A DNA stretch of 64,000 bases from NCBI GenBank assembly GCA_034521595.1, contig JAXHMG010000003.1, positions 2,048,001 through 2,112,000 on the forward strand, in the 5' to 3' direction. Source of the stretch: Gemmatimonadota bacterium (GTDB lineage Bacteria; Gemmatimonadota; Gemmatimonadetes; Longimicrobiales; Gaopeijiaceae). Of this stretch, positions 10,054 to 19,946 are shown piece after piece (position 1 is the stretch's first letter; every line of letters begins with the position of its first letter). Under the pieces are notes generated by a model that was not told where the DNA came from, searched no databases, and saw only the letters and a program-made list of their open reading frames with translations. The position numbers and the translations under genes were made by a program.

Positions 10054-11013
10054 CGACCCTCCGGTGCCGGCAACCGGGTCTTTCCGCCGCTCGTCCACTT
10101 CGAGGGTGAAGACGTCGGGCCGCGCATAGTGGCCCGTGACGTCGAAATCGAACTTGCCTCGGGCGATCGCATCGAGCTCCAACTCGGCGACGAGCAAGCC
10201 GTCACGGTCCCAGAGCGGACCAGCGACCAGCTCACCTTGCGGGTCGTAGATGACCGAGCCGCCACGCGAGAGCGGATCGGCCCGGTCGCCGAGCTCATCC
10301 TCCACATCGGCCAGATCCGCCGGGAACATGTCCCGGGTGCCATACTGATTGCACCCGAGCACGAAGCAGCGTCCTTCGACCGCGATGTGCCGGAGCGTGG
10401 AGATCCAGCGGTCGCGGGCGTCCGCGGTCGGCGCCACATAGATTTCCACCCCTTTCCCGTACATCGCCATCCGGGCGAGAGGCATGTAGTTTTCCCAGCA
10501 GATCAAGCCGCCCACCGTGCCGAACGGAGTCTCCACGGTCGTGAGCGTGCTTCCGTCCCCTTCGCCCCAGATGAGCCGCTCGGCGCCAGTGGGCTTGAGC
10601 TTGCGATGGATCCCGAGCAGGCTCCCGTCGGGCCCGATGTAGACGAGCGTGCAGTAGAGGGTTCCCCCGCTGTGCGCGCTGTCACGCTCGATCACACCCA
10701 CGCACAGGTACACGCCGGCCTCCCTCGCGATCTCCCCCAGCCGCTCGATCTCCGGCCCCGGAATGTCGACGGCCGAAGCCCAGTAACGGCCGAACATGCG
10801 CCGGCCGGCTTCGGAGCGCGCCCCGACCACCGAGCCGAAGCGCAGCCCCCACGGATACCCTCCGACGAACGCCTCGGGGAAGACGACCAGCTCGGCTCCC
10901 CGGCCCGCCGCATCCCGCGTGAGGGCGGCCACCCGCTCCACCGCTTCCGCGGAATCGAACGGCGCCCCCGCCGGCTGGGCGACGGCGACGGTCACGTGTG
11001 TAGCTCGCGGCAC
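10051..11013 (-). CDS. Nitrilase / carbon-nitrogen hydrolase
   Basis: E-K-C triad motifs FPEAF, HRKLKPT, ICWENYMP; C-terminal FDVTGHYARPDVF. Confidence 0.93.
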   Translation of the reverse strand: MPRATHVTVAVAQPAGAPFDSAEAVERVAALTRDAAGRGAELVVFPEAFVGGYPWGLRFGSVVGARSEAGRRMFGRYWASAVDIPGPEIERLGEIAREAGVYLCVGVIERDSAHSGGTLYCTLVYIGPDGSLLGIHRKLKPTGAERLIWGEGDGSTLTTVETPFGTVGGLICWENYMPLARMAMYGKGVEIYVAPTADARDRWISTLRHIAVEGRCFVLGCNQYGTRDMFPADLADVEDELGDRADPLSRGGSVIYDPQGELVAGPLWDRDGLLVAELELDAIARGKFDFDVTGHYARPDVFTLEVDERRKDPVAGTGGS

Positions 11014-11087
11014 CAGTGCTCCTCCTGAAAACGTGTGTGTTCGATATCACCTCGTGAGTGAGCGCCCGGCGGCCGAGCGCGCACTCA

Positions 11088-12044
11088 TCACCCACCGGAG
11101 TAGACCAGCTCGGTCACCACCTCGCCGACCAGCCCGAGGGTTTCGGCGCTCACGTGCTCCGGTACGTCGTCCGGCGTATGCCAGTAGGCGTGGTCCGGCC
11201 CGTATTCGAAGTCGATGATGTTCGCGGTCGGGAGGCCCGCTTCGATGAGGGGGATGTGGTCGTCCCCGACCTGCTCACCGACCCGGTCGGGGAAGGTCTC
11301 GGTGTAGCCCAGACGCTCCACCACCCGTCGAATCTTGCGCACGACCGTGGGCGCATACTGCGCGGAGTATCCCTCGATGGGAAAGAGGGGGTCGGCGTCG
11401 CCCACCATGTCGAGCAGGACTCCGTAGACGGGCCGCTCGTCCATGTCTTCGAGCTGCTCCGCGTACCGCTTGGCTCCGAGGAACATGTCCTCGCTTCCGG
11501 GCCCGTAGTCCTCTCCGTCGACCAGGAGAAGGTCGATCCCCATGGGCGGAGGCGCTTCCGCGAACAGGCTCGCGAGGTGGAGGAGGACGGCCGTTCCCGA
11601 AGCTCCGTCGTTCGCGCCCGGCACCGGCGTGTTCCGGAGTGAGGAGTCCGCCGCCTGATCGGACCGCGGACGGGTGTCCCAGTGGGCGAGAAACAGGATG
11701 CGGCGCGTCTCTTCCGGACGAAACCGCGCCAGCACGTTGGTCAACGTCAGCGTGTCCCCGGCTTCGGTCACGTGACCGAAGGTGTCGGCGACCACTTCCG
11801 GTGCGAGGGAGTCGAGGCGTCCAAGCATCCACTCGAGCTGCGCCCGGTGCCCCTCCGTACCGGGTACGCGCGGTCCGAACGCGACCTGCTCGCGCACGAG
11901 CTCCATCGCGGGCGCACCGTCGAACATGGGGCGTCCGGGCGTCGGGCCGGACGGCTCGGGCTCGCACCCGAGCAGCAGGGACGCGGCCGCGAGAAGGCTC
12001 GCAACGACGCTGTGCCGCGTCAGCCACCACCTCCGAGCCGTCAC
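11088..12044 (-). CDS. M28 family peptidase lipoprotein (glutaminyl cyclase-like)
   Basis: Lipobox LLGC; AHWDT, GANDGASG, DGEDYG, DMVG, DDH, WHT. Confidence 0.9.
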   Translation of the reverse strand: MTARRWWLTRHSVVASLLAAASLLLGCEPEPSGPTPGRPMFDGAPAMELVREQVAFGPRVPGTEGHRAQLEWMLGRLDSLAPEVVADTFGHVTEAGDTLTLTNVLARFRPEETRRILFLAHWDTRPRSDQAADSSLRNTPVPGANDGASGTAVLLHLASLFAEAPPPMGIDLLLVDGEDYGPGSEDMFLGAKRYAEQLEDMDERPVYGVLLDMVGDADPLFPIEGYSAQYAPTVVRKIRRVVERLGYTETFPDRVGEQVGDDHIPLIEAGLPTANIIDFEYGPDHAYWHTPDDVPEHVSAETLGLVGEVVTELVYSGG

Positions 12045-12880
12045 CGAGAATCCAGCTCCTCGAGGTACTCCTCCGCTTCTTCCTGGAGATCGGAGTCGGG
12101 CGGATGCACCGCCGGAAGCTCGAGCACGCGGCGGTATACCGCCCTCGCCTCTTCGTCGCGGTCGCGCTTACGGTAGAGCTGCGCGAGATCGAACTGGAAG
12201 AGCACCAACTCCGGCCACGCCCGGGCCGCCGCCTCGAGGTGTTCCTCCGCGCGTTCCCAGCTCGCGTTGGAGAGCGCTTCGTTGCCCATGAAGAGCCGCC
12301 CCACCGCGCGCTCGAACCTGGAGAGGCTCATCACCTCGTAGCTCAACTTGCCCAGCAGGTTGTGTGCGCCGCCGTGAAGCGAATCCTGCGCGAGAATGGC
12401 GTGAGCGTCGTCGTAGACGCGCTGGGCGAGCTCGGTCGCGTAGCCCGGGGAGGCGTTCATCGCGCGGCGCCCGTATGCGGCTCCGCGCCAGTAGAGGGCG
12501 TCGACCCCGTCCGGCTCGAGCTCGACGGCCCGGTCCGCGAGCTCCATGGCCGGGTCGAGCCAGCGATTCTGGGGCCGCGAGCCCTCTTCCATCACGCCCA
12601 GGATGACGGCGGCACGGGCGGCGCGCCATAGAACGTCGTAGTCGTCGGGAACAGCATCGAGATGCTGCTCCAGGACCCGAAAGGACGCCGCGGGCTCTCC
12701 GTTGAAGTAGAGCGCGTCGGCCTCCTCGACCGGGCTCACCACGCCGGTCGGTACCCGCAGGTCGATGCCTGGGGGGCCGAAGGAGTCGTATCGCGGAGCG
12801 GTCTGGGCGAGTCCGGCCGCCGGCCACGCCACGAGGACAGCCGGTACGGCAGCACGAATGATAAGCTGGAACCTGTTCAT
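12041..12880 (-). CDS. Exported TPR-like helical repeat protein
   Basis: Signal peptide (AGLA-Q) and TPR-like repeats (ALYWRGAAYG, AHNLLGKL). Confidence 0.75.
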   Translation of the reverse strand: MNRFQLIIRAAVPAVLVAWPAAGLAQTAPRYDSFGPPGIDLRVPTGVVSPVEEADALYFNGEPAASFRVLEQHLDAVPDDYDVLWRAARAAVILGVMEEGSRPQNRWLDPAMELADRAVELEPDGVDALYWRGAAYGRRAMNASPGYATELAQRVYDDAHAILAQDSLHGGAHNLLGKLSYEVMSLSRFERAVGRLFMGNEALSNASWERAEEHLEAAARAWPELVLFQFDLAQLYRKRDRDEEARAVYRRVLELPAVHPPDSDLQEEAEEYLEELDSR

Positions 12881-13022
12881 GACGAGCCCTGATACCGGAA
12901 AGGCAGGCGAGGGGTCCGGGACCGTGCCGAACGAGGGCGAAAGCTTGCGGTGCCGCCGGCCGTCCGCCCATATGGAGGCAGTCCCGTCGCCACCTTCGTT
13001 GACCGCTTCCGCCGAGGCCTTC

Positions 13023-13994
13023 ATGCCGAACCGACCCCGTACTGCCTTCCTACGTGCCACGTGCCACGCCGCGGTCGTCACGCTCGCGGCCTCGGCGTGC
13101 GCGCCTGACGAGGACGAGACCGAGGCGCCGACGGATGACCGCGCGTCCGCGGCCGTTGTCGACGTCATCGCCCGTGACCTCACCCTGGTCGCCCCCGACA
13201 GCATCGCCCCCGGATGGACGACCTTCCGCTTCACGAACACCTCCCCCATGATCCACTTCGCCGTGGTGGAACGGATGCCGGACGGTATCGGCCTCGCCGA
13301 GCAACAAGCCGAGGTGGCCCCGGTCTTCCAGGACGGACTCGATCTCCTCGCCGCCGGCGAGGTGGACGCGGCGATGGCCACGTTCGGGAATCTTCCACCA
13401 TGGTTCGGCGAGATCGTCTTCATGGGCGGGCCCGGGCTCACCTCCCCCGGACGCACGAGCGAGGCGACCGTGCACCTCGAGCCCGGCCGATACCTCCTCG
13501 AGTGCTACGTGAAGACCGACGGAGTCTTCCACTCGTACAATCCCGAAGAGGGAGCCGACGGGATGGTGCACGAATTCGTGGTCGCGGGAGAGGCCTCGTC
13601 CGCACCCGAGCCGGAAGCAACCGTGCAACTCACCGTCTCGTCCGAGGGCGGCCTGACCATGCAAGGCGGACTGACGCCCGGTGCGCACACGATCGGGGTG
13701 GACTTCGAGGACCAGGTCGTGCACGAGAACTTCGTGGGACACGACGTGCACGTGGTCCGGCTCGACCCGGAAGCCGATCTCGACCGCCTCGAAGCGTGGA
13801 TGGACTGGACCCGTCCGGAAGGGCTCCAGTCCCCGGCCCCCCTGGAGTTCCTGGGCGGGACGAACGAGATGCCCGCGGGCACCACGGCGTACTTCACGGT
13901 CTCATTCGAGCCCGGCGACTATGCTTGGATCGCGGAGGTCCCCGGAGCATCCGGGAAAGGCATGCTGGTGCCGTTCGCCGTCCCGGAGGGTTGA
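13023..13994 (+). CDS. Lipoprotein with two cupredoxin-like domains
   Basis: Lipobox ASAC; internal duplication (H..GG.G..PG..L.PG.Y); first copy carries C..H..M. Confidence 0.6.
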   Translation: MPNRPRTAFLRATCHAAVVTLAASACAPDEDETEAPTDDRASAAVVDVIARDLTLVAPDSIAPGWTTFRFTNTSPMIHFAVVERMPDGIGLAEQQAEVAPVFQDGLDLLAAGEVDAAMATFGNLPPWFGEIVFMGGPGLTSPGRTSEATVHLEPGRYLLECYVKTDGVFHSYNPEEGADGMVHEFVVAGEASSAPEPEATVQLTVSSEGGLTMQGGLTPGAHTIGVDFEDQVVHENFVGHDVHVVRLDPEADLDRLEAWMDWTRPEGLQSPAPLEFLGGTNEMPAGTTAYFTVSFEPGDYAWIAEVPGASGKGMLVPFAVPEG

Positions 13995-14004
13995 GGAGGG
14001 GGGC

Positions 14005-14529
14005 TCAGCCCGGCCCGATCTGCTGCGGTCCGGGCTCGCTCGGACCTTCGTCCCCGGTTCCTCCGAGCCCGGTCCAGCCCCGAACGATCGCGACGGCGAC
14101 CGCGATGCCGGTCAGCCCGACCGCCGCTCCGGTCTTCCGCCAATCCAGGGCGCGCGCCTCGAGCGTGAGCATCTCCTCGTTCCGCACCTCCACACGTTGC
14201 CGGAGCACCCGGCTCCCTTCACGCCCTTCGTGAACGCTCGTCGGCACGGCGATCACGACGCTCTCGGCGCCACGGTCTTCGACGCGTCCCTCCCATGCAC
14301 GGTCGGTCGATCCGAGCACGTCCTCGTATGCCTCGGCGAGGGACGCGTCGACCGTCACCCGGACGTCCTGACCGGGCGCGACCTCGGCCGGGCGGACCGC
14401 GCTGTACGAGTAGCACGCGGTCCCCGAGACGGCGAAGACGACCATCGCGAGGCCACGCACGGCCCCCGCGCCGGCCCGGCCTGCCCGCCGCGGCGGGCAG
14501 GCCGGGGAGCGCCTCTCGTGCATGCTCAC
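14005..14529 (-). CDS. Hypothetical lipoprotein in the susCD unit
   Basis: Lipobox GTAC, C-terminal hydrophobic segment; overlaps the susD stop (GTGA). Confidence 0.65.
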   Translation of the reverse strand: MSMHERRSPACPPRRAGRAGAGAVRGLAMVVFAVSGTACYSYSAVRPAEVAPGQDVRVTVDASLAEAYEDVLGSTDRAWEGRVEDRGAESVVIAVPTSVHEGREGSRVLRQRVEVRNEEMLTLEARALDWRKTGAAVGLTGIAVAVAIVRGWTGLGGTGDEGPSEPGPQQIGPG

Positions 14530-15887
14530 CCCGTCGGTGCCTCTTGGAAGTCCAAGGGCACATTCGGATTTTGCTGCCGCTCACCCCTGGGAATGGGGTA
14601 GCAGAGCGAGCGATCCGTCATGTCGTCGGTCGTGCCCGGCGTTCCCTCCTGGATCCACCGGCGCAGATCCCCGAGGCGACGTCCCTCGAGCCAGAGCTCG
14701 ATACCCCGCTCACGCTTCAGGTGCGTCCACGCCTCCTCGAGCGTATCGGCCTCCCATTCGGGAAGGGGCGAATCGTCATGATCGCTGCTCAGGCCGGTGC
14801 GCACCTCGTTGATGAGCTCCATCGCGCCCTCGCGGTCGTTCTCCCTGAGACGCGCCTCGGCTTCGATGAGCCGCATCTCGGTTCCCTTGGAGAGCGGATA
14901 GGGCGCGTCCAATGTCGGGTACTTCGTCTGAAAGAACCACGGGACCTGACCGATCCCCGTCACTTCGGCGTTGCCGAACGGAAAGTCCGGATCTTCGTCC
15001 CAGGATGTTCTCGGGTCGCCGGTTTCGAGGTAGTAATCCTCGTAGAAGGTGTTCCAAGTGGAATGGGCCCGCCACGGCGTGTTGGACGACCCGAAGAACA
15101 CACGATTGTACTGATCCTCCTCGAGGGTCGATGTCTCCAACTGGTGCACGAACGAGGTGGGGACTTCGTCCGCGTCCGCCACCGCGCCGGACCAATCGTC
15201 CAGCCAGATCCGGACCGAGGCCCGCCCGGCCCGGGCGGCCGTCACCACGTCGTCGAGCCCCGCTCCGGAGCCGACATCGATGGCTTCACTGAACGCCTCC
15301 TCGGCCCGTTCGAAGAACACCGCGCTGGGCTCGGGCTCGCCCCCGTCGATCACACCGTGGCACCAGTTCTCGCCCATGAGCCGGTAGGCATACCCCTGCC
15401 ACAGAAGCGCCCGTGCGGCGTTCGCATTGCTCGAGAACGAGTCTCCCAACCCTTCACGCAACCGACGGACGGCGTCGTCCGCCACCCACCGGGCGCGCTG
15501 TGTGTTGTTCCACTGGACGTCGACGTTGTCCGAGTCCAGGCGCCCGAGGTGCGCGTCGAAGGAGAACCCGGCGAACCCGGTCTGTCCCGCGAAGTGGAGC
15601 TCCCGGGTCACCACCGTCTGCTGATACGCGACCCGGTTGAATGCGGCCACGTACGCCAGGCCGATGGTGTTGACCAGCGCGGGCTGCGCCAACGGATCGT
15701 TCAAAAATTCGTCGGTGACGGGGCCCGGATTGGTGACGTCCAGGTCACAACCCCCCAGGGCCGACACGCCCATGGCGAGCATCAAGCTCGCCGTCACCCT
15801 GTTCTTCCTTCGCTCGGGTCGCCGTGACCGGGCCGAACGGCTCCGCCACCACGCCCCCTTCGACTCGAGTCCTCGTTCCATCTTCAT
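14526..15887 (-). CDS. RagB/SusD family outer-membrane lipoprotein
   Basis: GGC-DLDVTNPG lipobox; EMRLIEAEA..INEVR..ERGIELWLEGRRLGDLRRW..YPIP..E..NPN. Confidence 0.93.
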   Translation of the reverse strand: MKMERGLESKGAWWRSRSARSRRPERRKNRVTASLMLAMGVSALGGCDLDVTNPGPVTDEFLNDPLAQPALVNTIGLAYVAAFNRVAYQQTVVTRELHFAGQTGFAGFSFDAHLGRLDSDNVDVQWNNTQRARWVADDAVRRLREGLGDSFSSNANAARALLWQGYAYRLMGENWCHGVIDGGEPEPSAVFFERAEEAFSEAIDVGSGAGLDDVVTAARAGRASVRIWLDDWSGAVADADEVPTSFVHQLETSTLEEDQYNRVFFGSSNTPWRAHSTWNTFYEDYYLETGDPRTSWDEDPDFPFGNAEVTGIGQVPWFFQTKYPTLDAPYPLSKGTEMRLIEAEARLRENDREGAMELINEVRTGLSSDHDDSPLPEWEADTLEEAWTHLKRERGIELWLEGRRLGDLRRWIQEGTPGTTDDMTDRSLCYPIPRGERQQNPNVPLDFQEAPTG

Positions 15888-15983
15888 GGAGTCACTTCCT
15901 CTGATCTATGTTCGTAGTGCGATAACGTCGTGTTGACCCCCAGGGGGGCCTCCGCCTTCGTGCGCTGCACGATCTTGCCCCCT

Positions 15984-18857
15984 CTACCAGTTGACCTGGA
16001 GCTGCGCGCTGAACCGCATCGGAGCCGGGATGTGCTCGCGTATGCGCCGAGAACCGCTCTCCGGTCCCCAATTCGACCCGCCCATCTCGGGGTCGAAGAG
16101 CTCCATGTCGGGATCCTTGTAGAGCCGGATGTTCCGCGCCGACAGGCTCAGGGTCGCGTCCGACGTACCAGGAATCCACGACGCCACAGGCGCGGTGAGC
16201 GAGATGTTACGAATCTTGAAGAAATCGGCCGGCGAGACGTTCCAATCGCTGCTCGAGGTCGACTGCCTGCAGCGGAGTCGGTCCCACGCCTTCACCTCAT
16301 CGTCACGACCTTCGTCCCAGAGCCGGTTGGCCTCGAGGCACACCGGCCACAAGGTGTTTCCGCGCCCGACCGCGGAGCTCGTCGGCCCGATGAGGCTATA
16401 GTGGCCGCCCTGGAACTCGCCGCGTGCGGAGAGGCCGATCCCGCCGGGGAGATCGAACGTGTTTCGGACTTGGAGAATGTGCGTCGGCCAAGCCGGTCCG
16501 TGGCAGAGATCGTCCGGATCCGTGGATACGACCGGCTCCGCCTGCTCGTGTGGATTCATGATCCGACGTGGCGTCCAGGTGCACAGGGGCTTGCCTTCCT
16601 CGATGCGCATGTCGTTCGACATGAACGGCGGCGCACCACCCATGTCGAGCACGCGGCTGTGGTTCGTGGACAAGCTCACCCCGGCATCCCAACCGAACGC
16701 CGGGCCCTCGAGGATCGACGCGTCCACGCTGAGCTCGATTCCGGAGTTGCGAAGCTTTCCGACGTTCTCGAGCTGGCTCGGCCAGTTCCCGTTGGACGGA
16801 ACCTGCTGCACGTCGAAGAGGGCGTCCTCGGTGACCTGCCGGTAATAGGTGAAGCTCGAAGAGATCCGGTCGTCCCAATGAGACGTCTCGAGACCCACCT
16901 CGGCCTCCTTGGTCCGTTCAGGGCCCAGGTTGGGGTTCCCGAGGTTGCGGGGTTGGAACGCCGAGCTTCCGGCGTAGCTCGCCGGGTCCCAGGTCCGTAC
17001 CGCGTCGAAAGCTCCGGGGGCCCGACCGGCGTGACCGTAGGCACCGCGGAGGCGGACACTGCCCCACGCGTCGGGCCAGAATTCCTCGTCCGACAACACG
17101 TAGGAGCCGCTCACCTTCGGGTAGGCCTGAAGGCCGAAGTCCGAACCGAAGGCGCTATTGCCGTCCACCCGCAGTCCGAGGGTGAGAAAGTACCGATCGG
17201 CGATGTCGAGCACGTTCTGCACGAACCCACCGGCCGTCACGACACGCTGTCGATTCTCCCAGGCCAACCGATTCGCACCGCTCGTCACCGTGGGCTCACC
17301 CGGTCCGGGCAAATCTTCCCCATAGCCCTCGACCTCGTTGCGTGTCTCCGTGACGCTCTGCGCCCCCCAGGAGAAGGTGCTGCGGAGCCCTGCCGGGAGA
17401 TCGAAGGCATAGCTGCCGACGTAGTCCGCGCTGAGCGTGCTCAACGTCCAACGCAGGTTGCCGACCGCGCCTCGCTCGAACAGGATGAACCCGAACCGAC
17501 GAACCTGGCGTCCTTCCCAGTTCGCGACGTCGTACCCGAGCGTGAACCGGTTCGAGAGGTTCCCGGCCGTGTGACGCGCGTTCAAGCCGGTGGTGAAGCG
17601 GGTGATGTCCTCGGTGATCTCGAACTCGAGGATCTGATCCAGGAACTCCTTGTCACCGCTCCCGAAGTAGTTCTGGTCCAACCTGTACGCGTTGAGCGCG
17701 AGCCCCTGCGCGTTGTTGCCCATCGAGGTGCGCTGGATGGCGTCGCTCGTGAACGAGGTATTCCACTGGACATTGAGGCCGGGCAGGGGCTCGAAGTCGA
17801 GGTTCCCCCGCACGCTGTAGCGCTCCTCCTTGTCGTTCGGAAGGACGGCCTGATTGTCCTCCATCGCTCCCGAGAGGAAGTACCCGAGGTCTCCGCTGCC
17901 GCCGCTGACGGACAGGCCATACTGCTGCCAGTGTCCATTTCCGAGCCACGGATCGATGTACAAGAACTCGGACTTTCGATCCTCCGCGCCGTACGTGGCC
18001 CCTTTCGGAGCGAACGGTTGAACTTTCGCGAAGCCCTGTCGCGTCTGCGCCGTCCACCGTGCGTCACCGGTCTGTCCCCGCTTGGTGAAGATCTGGATGA
18101 CCCCGGCGGACGCTTCCGTGCCGTAGAGTGTCGTGGCGGCCGGTCCCTTCACGATCTCGACCCGCTCGATGTTGTCGGGGTTGATATCGTTGATGGCGCT
18201 CGACGCCGTCGCGGCGCCCCGTCCGCTCATGGCGTCCCGGCCGTGCATGCTCGGATAGGCCTCTCCATACACGCGGACTCCGTCGACGTACACCAGGGGC
18301 TGACTTCCCATCGCCACGCTGACGTTGCCCCGCAGACGAATCTGCGAACCGGCCCCTATGGTCCCGCTGGTCTGCAGGATGTTGACGCCGGGCGCTTGGC
18401 CCTGGAGCGCACTCTCCACATTGACCATGGGCTCGGACATGCGGTCCATGTTCAGCTGCTCGACCGTGTTTCCGACCTCACGGCGGCGGGCCTGGCCCGC
18501 GGTACCGGTCACCACGATCTCGTCGAGCCCGAGGGCTTCGACGGGTAGGCTGAAGTCGACTTGGGTCGTCTCCTCGGCGCCCACCGTCACGGTTCGGCTC
18601 GCCGGTGTATAACCCAGGATCTCGGCGCGGAGGGTGTGCTCACCCGCCGGCACGTTGACCAGAATGAAGCGCCCCTGTGCATTGGTCAGCGTCCCGAGAT
18701 CGCCATCGGGGATGAAAACCTGGACCCCCGAGAGAGGTTGGCCGTTCGACTGGTCGACGACCGTGCCGGCCACGGTGCCGGAAGGCCCCTGCGCAACCGT
18801 GCCCAACGGGAAGAGCAGCAGGGATGAGAGAATTGAAAGGAACTGCAAAGATCGCAT
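15984..18857 (-). CDS. SusC/RagA TonB-dependent receptor
   Basis: CarboxypepD_reg N-domain, LDEIVVTG TonB-box region, DINPDNIERVEIVKGPAATTLYGTEASAGVIQIFTKRG, GNPNLGPERT, terminal aromatic W; GGAG RBS. Confidence 0.95.
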   Translation of the reverse strand: MRSLQFLSILSSLLLFPLGTVAQGPSGTVAGTVVDQSNGQPLSGVQVFIPDGDLGTLTNAQGRFILVNVPAGEHTLRAEILGYTPASRTVTVGAEETTQVDFSLPVEALGLDEIVVTGTAGQARRREVGNTVEQLNMDRMSEPMVNVESALQGQAPGVNILQTSGTIGAGSQIRLRGNVSVAMGSQPLVYVDGVRVYGEAYPSMHGRDAMSGRGAATASSAINDINPDNIERVEIVKGPAATTLYGTEASAGVIQIFTKRGQTGDARWTAQTRQGFAKVQPFAPKGATYGAEDRKSEFLYIDPWLGNGHWQQYGLSVSGGSGDLGYFLSGAMEDNQAVLPNDKEERYSVRGNLDFEPLPGLNVQWNTSFTSDAIQRTSMGNNAQGLALNAYRLDQNYFGSGDKEFLDQILEFEITEDITRFTTGLNARHTAGNLSNRFTLGYDVANWEGRQVRRFGFILFERGAVGNLRWTLSTLSADYVGSYAFDLPAGLRSTFSWGAQSVTETRNEVEGYGEDLPGPGEPTVTSGANRLAWENRQRVVTAGGFVQNVLDIADRYFLTLGLRVDGNSAFGSDFGLQAYPKVSGSYVLSDEEFWPDAWGSVRLRGAYGHAGRAPGAFDAVRTWDPASYAGSSAFQPRNLGNPNLGPERTKEAEVGLETSHWDDRISSSFTYYRQVTEDALFDVQQVPSNGNWPSQLENVGKLRNSGIELSVDASILEGPAFGWDAGVSLSTNHSRVLDMGGAPPFMSNDMRIEEGKPLCTWTPRRIMNPHEQAEPVVSTDPDDLCHGPAWPTHILQVRNTFDLPGGIGLSARGEFQGGHYSLIGPTSSAVGRGNTLWPVCLEANRLWDEGRDDEVKAWDRLRCRQSTSSSDWNVSPADFFKIRNISLTAPVASWIPGTSDATLSLSARNIRLYKDPDMELFDPEMGGSNWGPESGSRRIREHIPAPMRFSAQLQVNW

Positions 18858-19422
18858 GGGAGTGTCTCCGTATACTTGCGCTACAGCGATAGGGTTGAGC
18901 TCACCACTGTGCGGGGGATGCCCGAAGCGATCGCTTGGGCACGTCAGCCGGTATGGCGCGGGCCATGAGAGTACAGCGTGCTCCCACGGCATCCACAACC
19001 GGCCTGCTACCAGGCCAGATGTGTGGTCCGTCATCCCGCGAAGTGGCTTGTGATCCCGCGAAGCGGTGTTAGCGCTCGGTGGTCAGATCAGCGCTGAATG
19101 GGACATCGCCGGCCCCCGTCGATCGACGAGAGCGGCGTGTGCATACATCGGAGGGATCCCAGCGGAAACGTGTGTTGCTCACGCATTGTATAGCACGCTC
19201 CGTTGGTCATCGGAAAGAGAGGAGAACCCGACCTGTCGGTCGGTTCGTCCGGAGAGGTGAGATGGTACCACGGGTACGTGGGATGGTAAACCCCCTGCTT
19301 GCGGACCGACCCGATGCGACGCCTCTTCCACCCGCCACCATCCGGCTTCGTCACCCAGGAGGTTCATCGATGTCGATCCGTCGCCCCCGCGTTCCGGATC
19401 CCCACTCAGCCCGCCCGCGATC

Positions 19423-19872
19423 ATGAAGGATCCACGCGAGGGCACGCGTGCGACCCACGAACGCAAGATCAGCCGCATTCTCGAGACGCCGCTCTACGTG
19501 GCGGACATCGAGCGGGCCGCGCGGTTCTACGAAGACGTGCTCGGCTTGCGCCGGATGTCCACGGGAAATCGGCTGATCCCGATGGACGCGGGAGGCGGCA
19601 CCGTCCTCCTGATCTTCCTGCGTGGCGCCACCACGGAGGGATCGACCTTCCCCGGCGGATGGATTCCTCCGCACGACGGCAAGGGGCGCAGCCACTTCGC
19701 GTTCGCCATCGACCCGGACGACGTGGAGGGCTGGCGTGAGCAGTTGGGGCGAAGCGGCATCGAGATCGAGAGCGAGGTCAGGTGGCCCCGTGGCGGGACG
19801 AGCCTCTACATCCGGGATCCGGACGGGCACTCGGTGGAGCTGGCCACGCCCGGGGTGTGGCCGGTGTATTGA
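19423..19872 (+). CDS. VOC/glyoxalase family protein
   Basis: LYVADIERAARFYEDVLGL, HFAFAI, SLYIRDPDGHSVEL. Confidence 0.9.
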   Translation: MKDPREGTRATHERKISRILETPLYVADIERAARFYEDVLGLRRMSTGNRLIPMDAGGGTVLLIFLRGATTEGSTFPGGWIPPHDGKGRSHFAFAIDPDDVEGWREQLGRSGIEIESEVRWPRGGTSLYIRDPDGHSVELATPGVWPVY

Positions 19873-19877
19873 TATGA

Positions 19878-19916
19878 CGGAGGGCGGTGCCTTTCCCCGA
19901 AACGCACCGCCCTCCG
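19878..19916. terminator. GC-rich hairpin between convergent VOC and nrdJ genes
   Basis: CGGAGGGCGGTGC / GCACCGCCCTCCG 13-bp perfect stem; no clear U-tract. Confidence 0.65.
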
Positions 19917-19946
19917 CCATTCCGCTCGAGTGCCGCTAAGGCGCCC

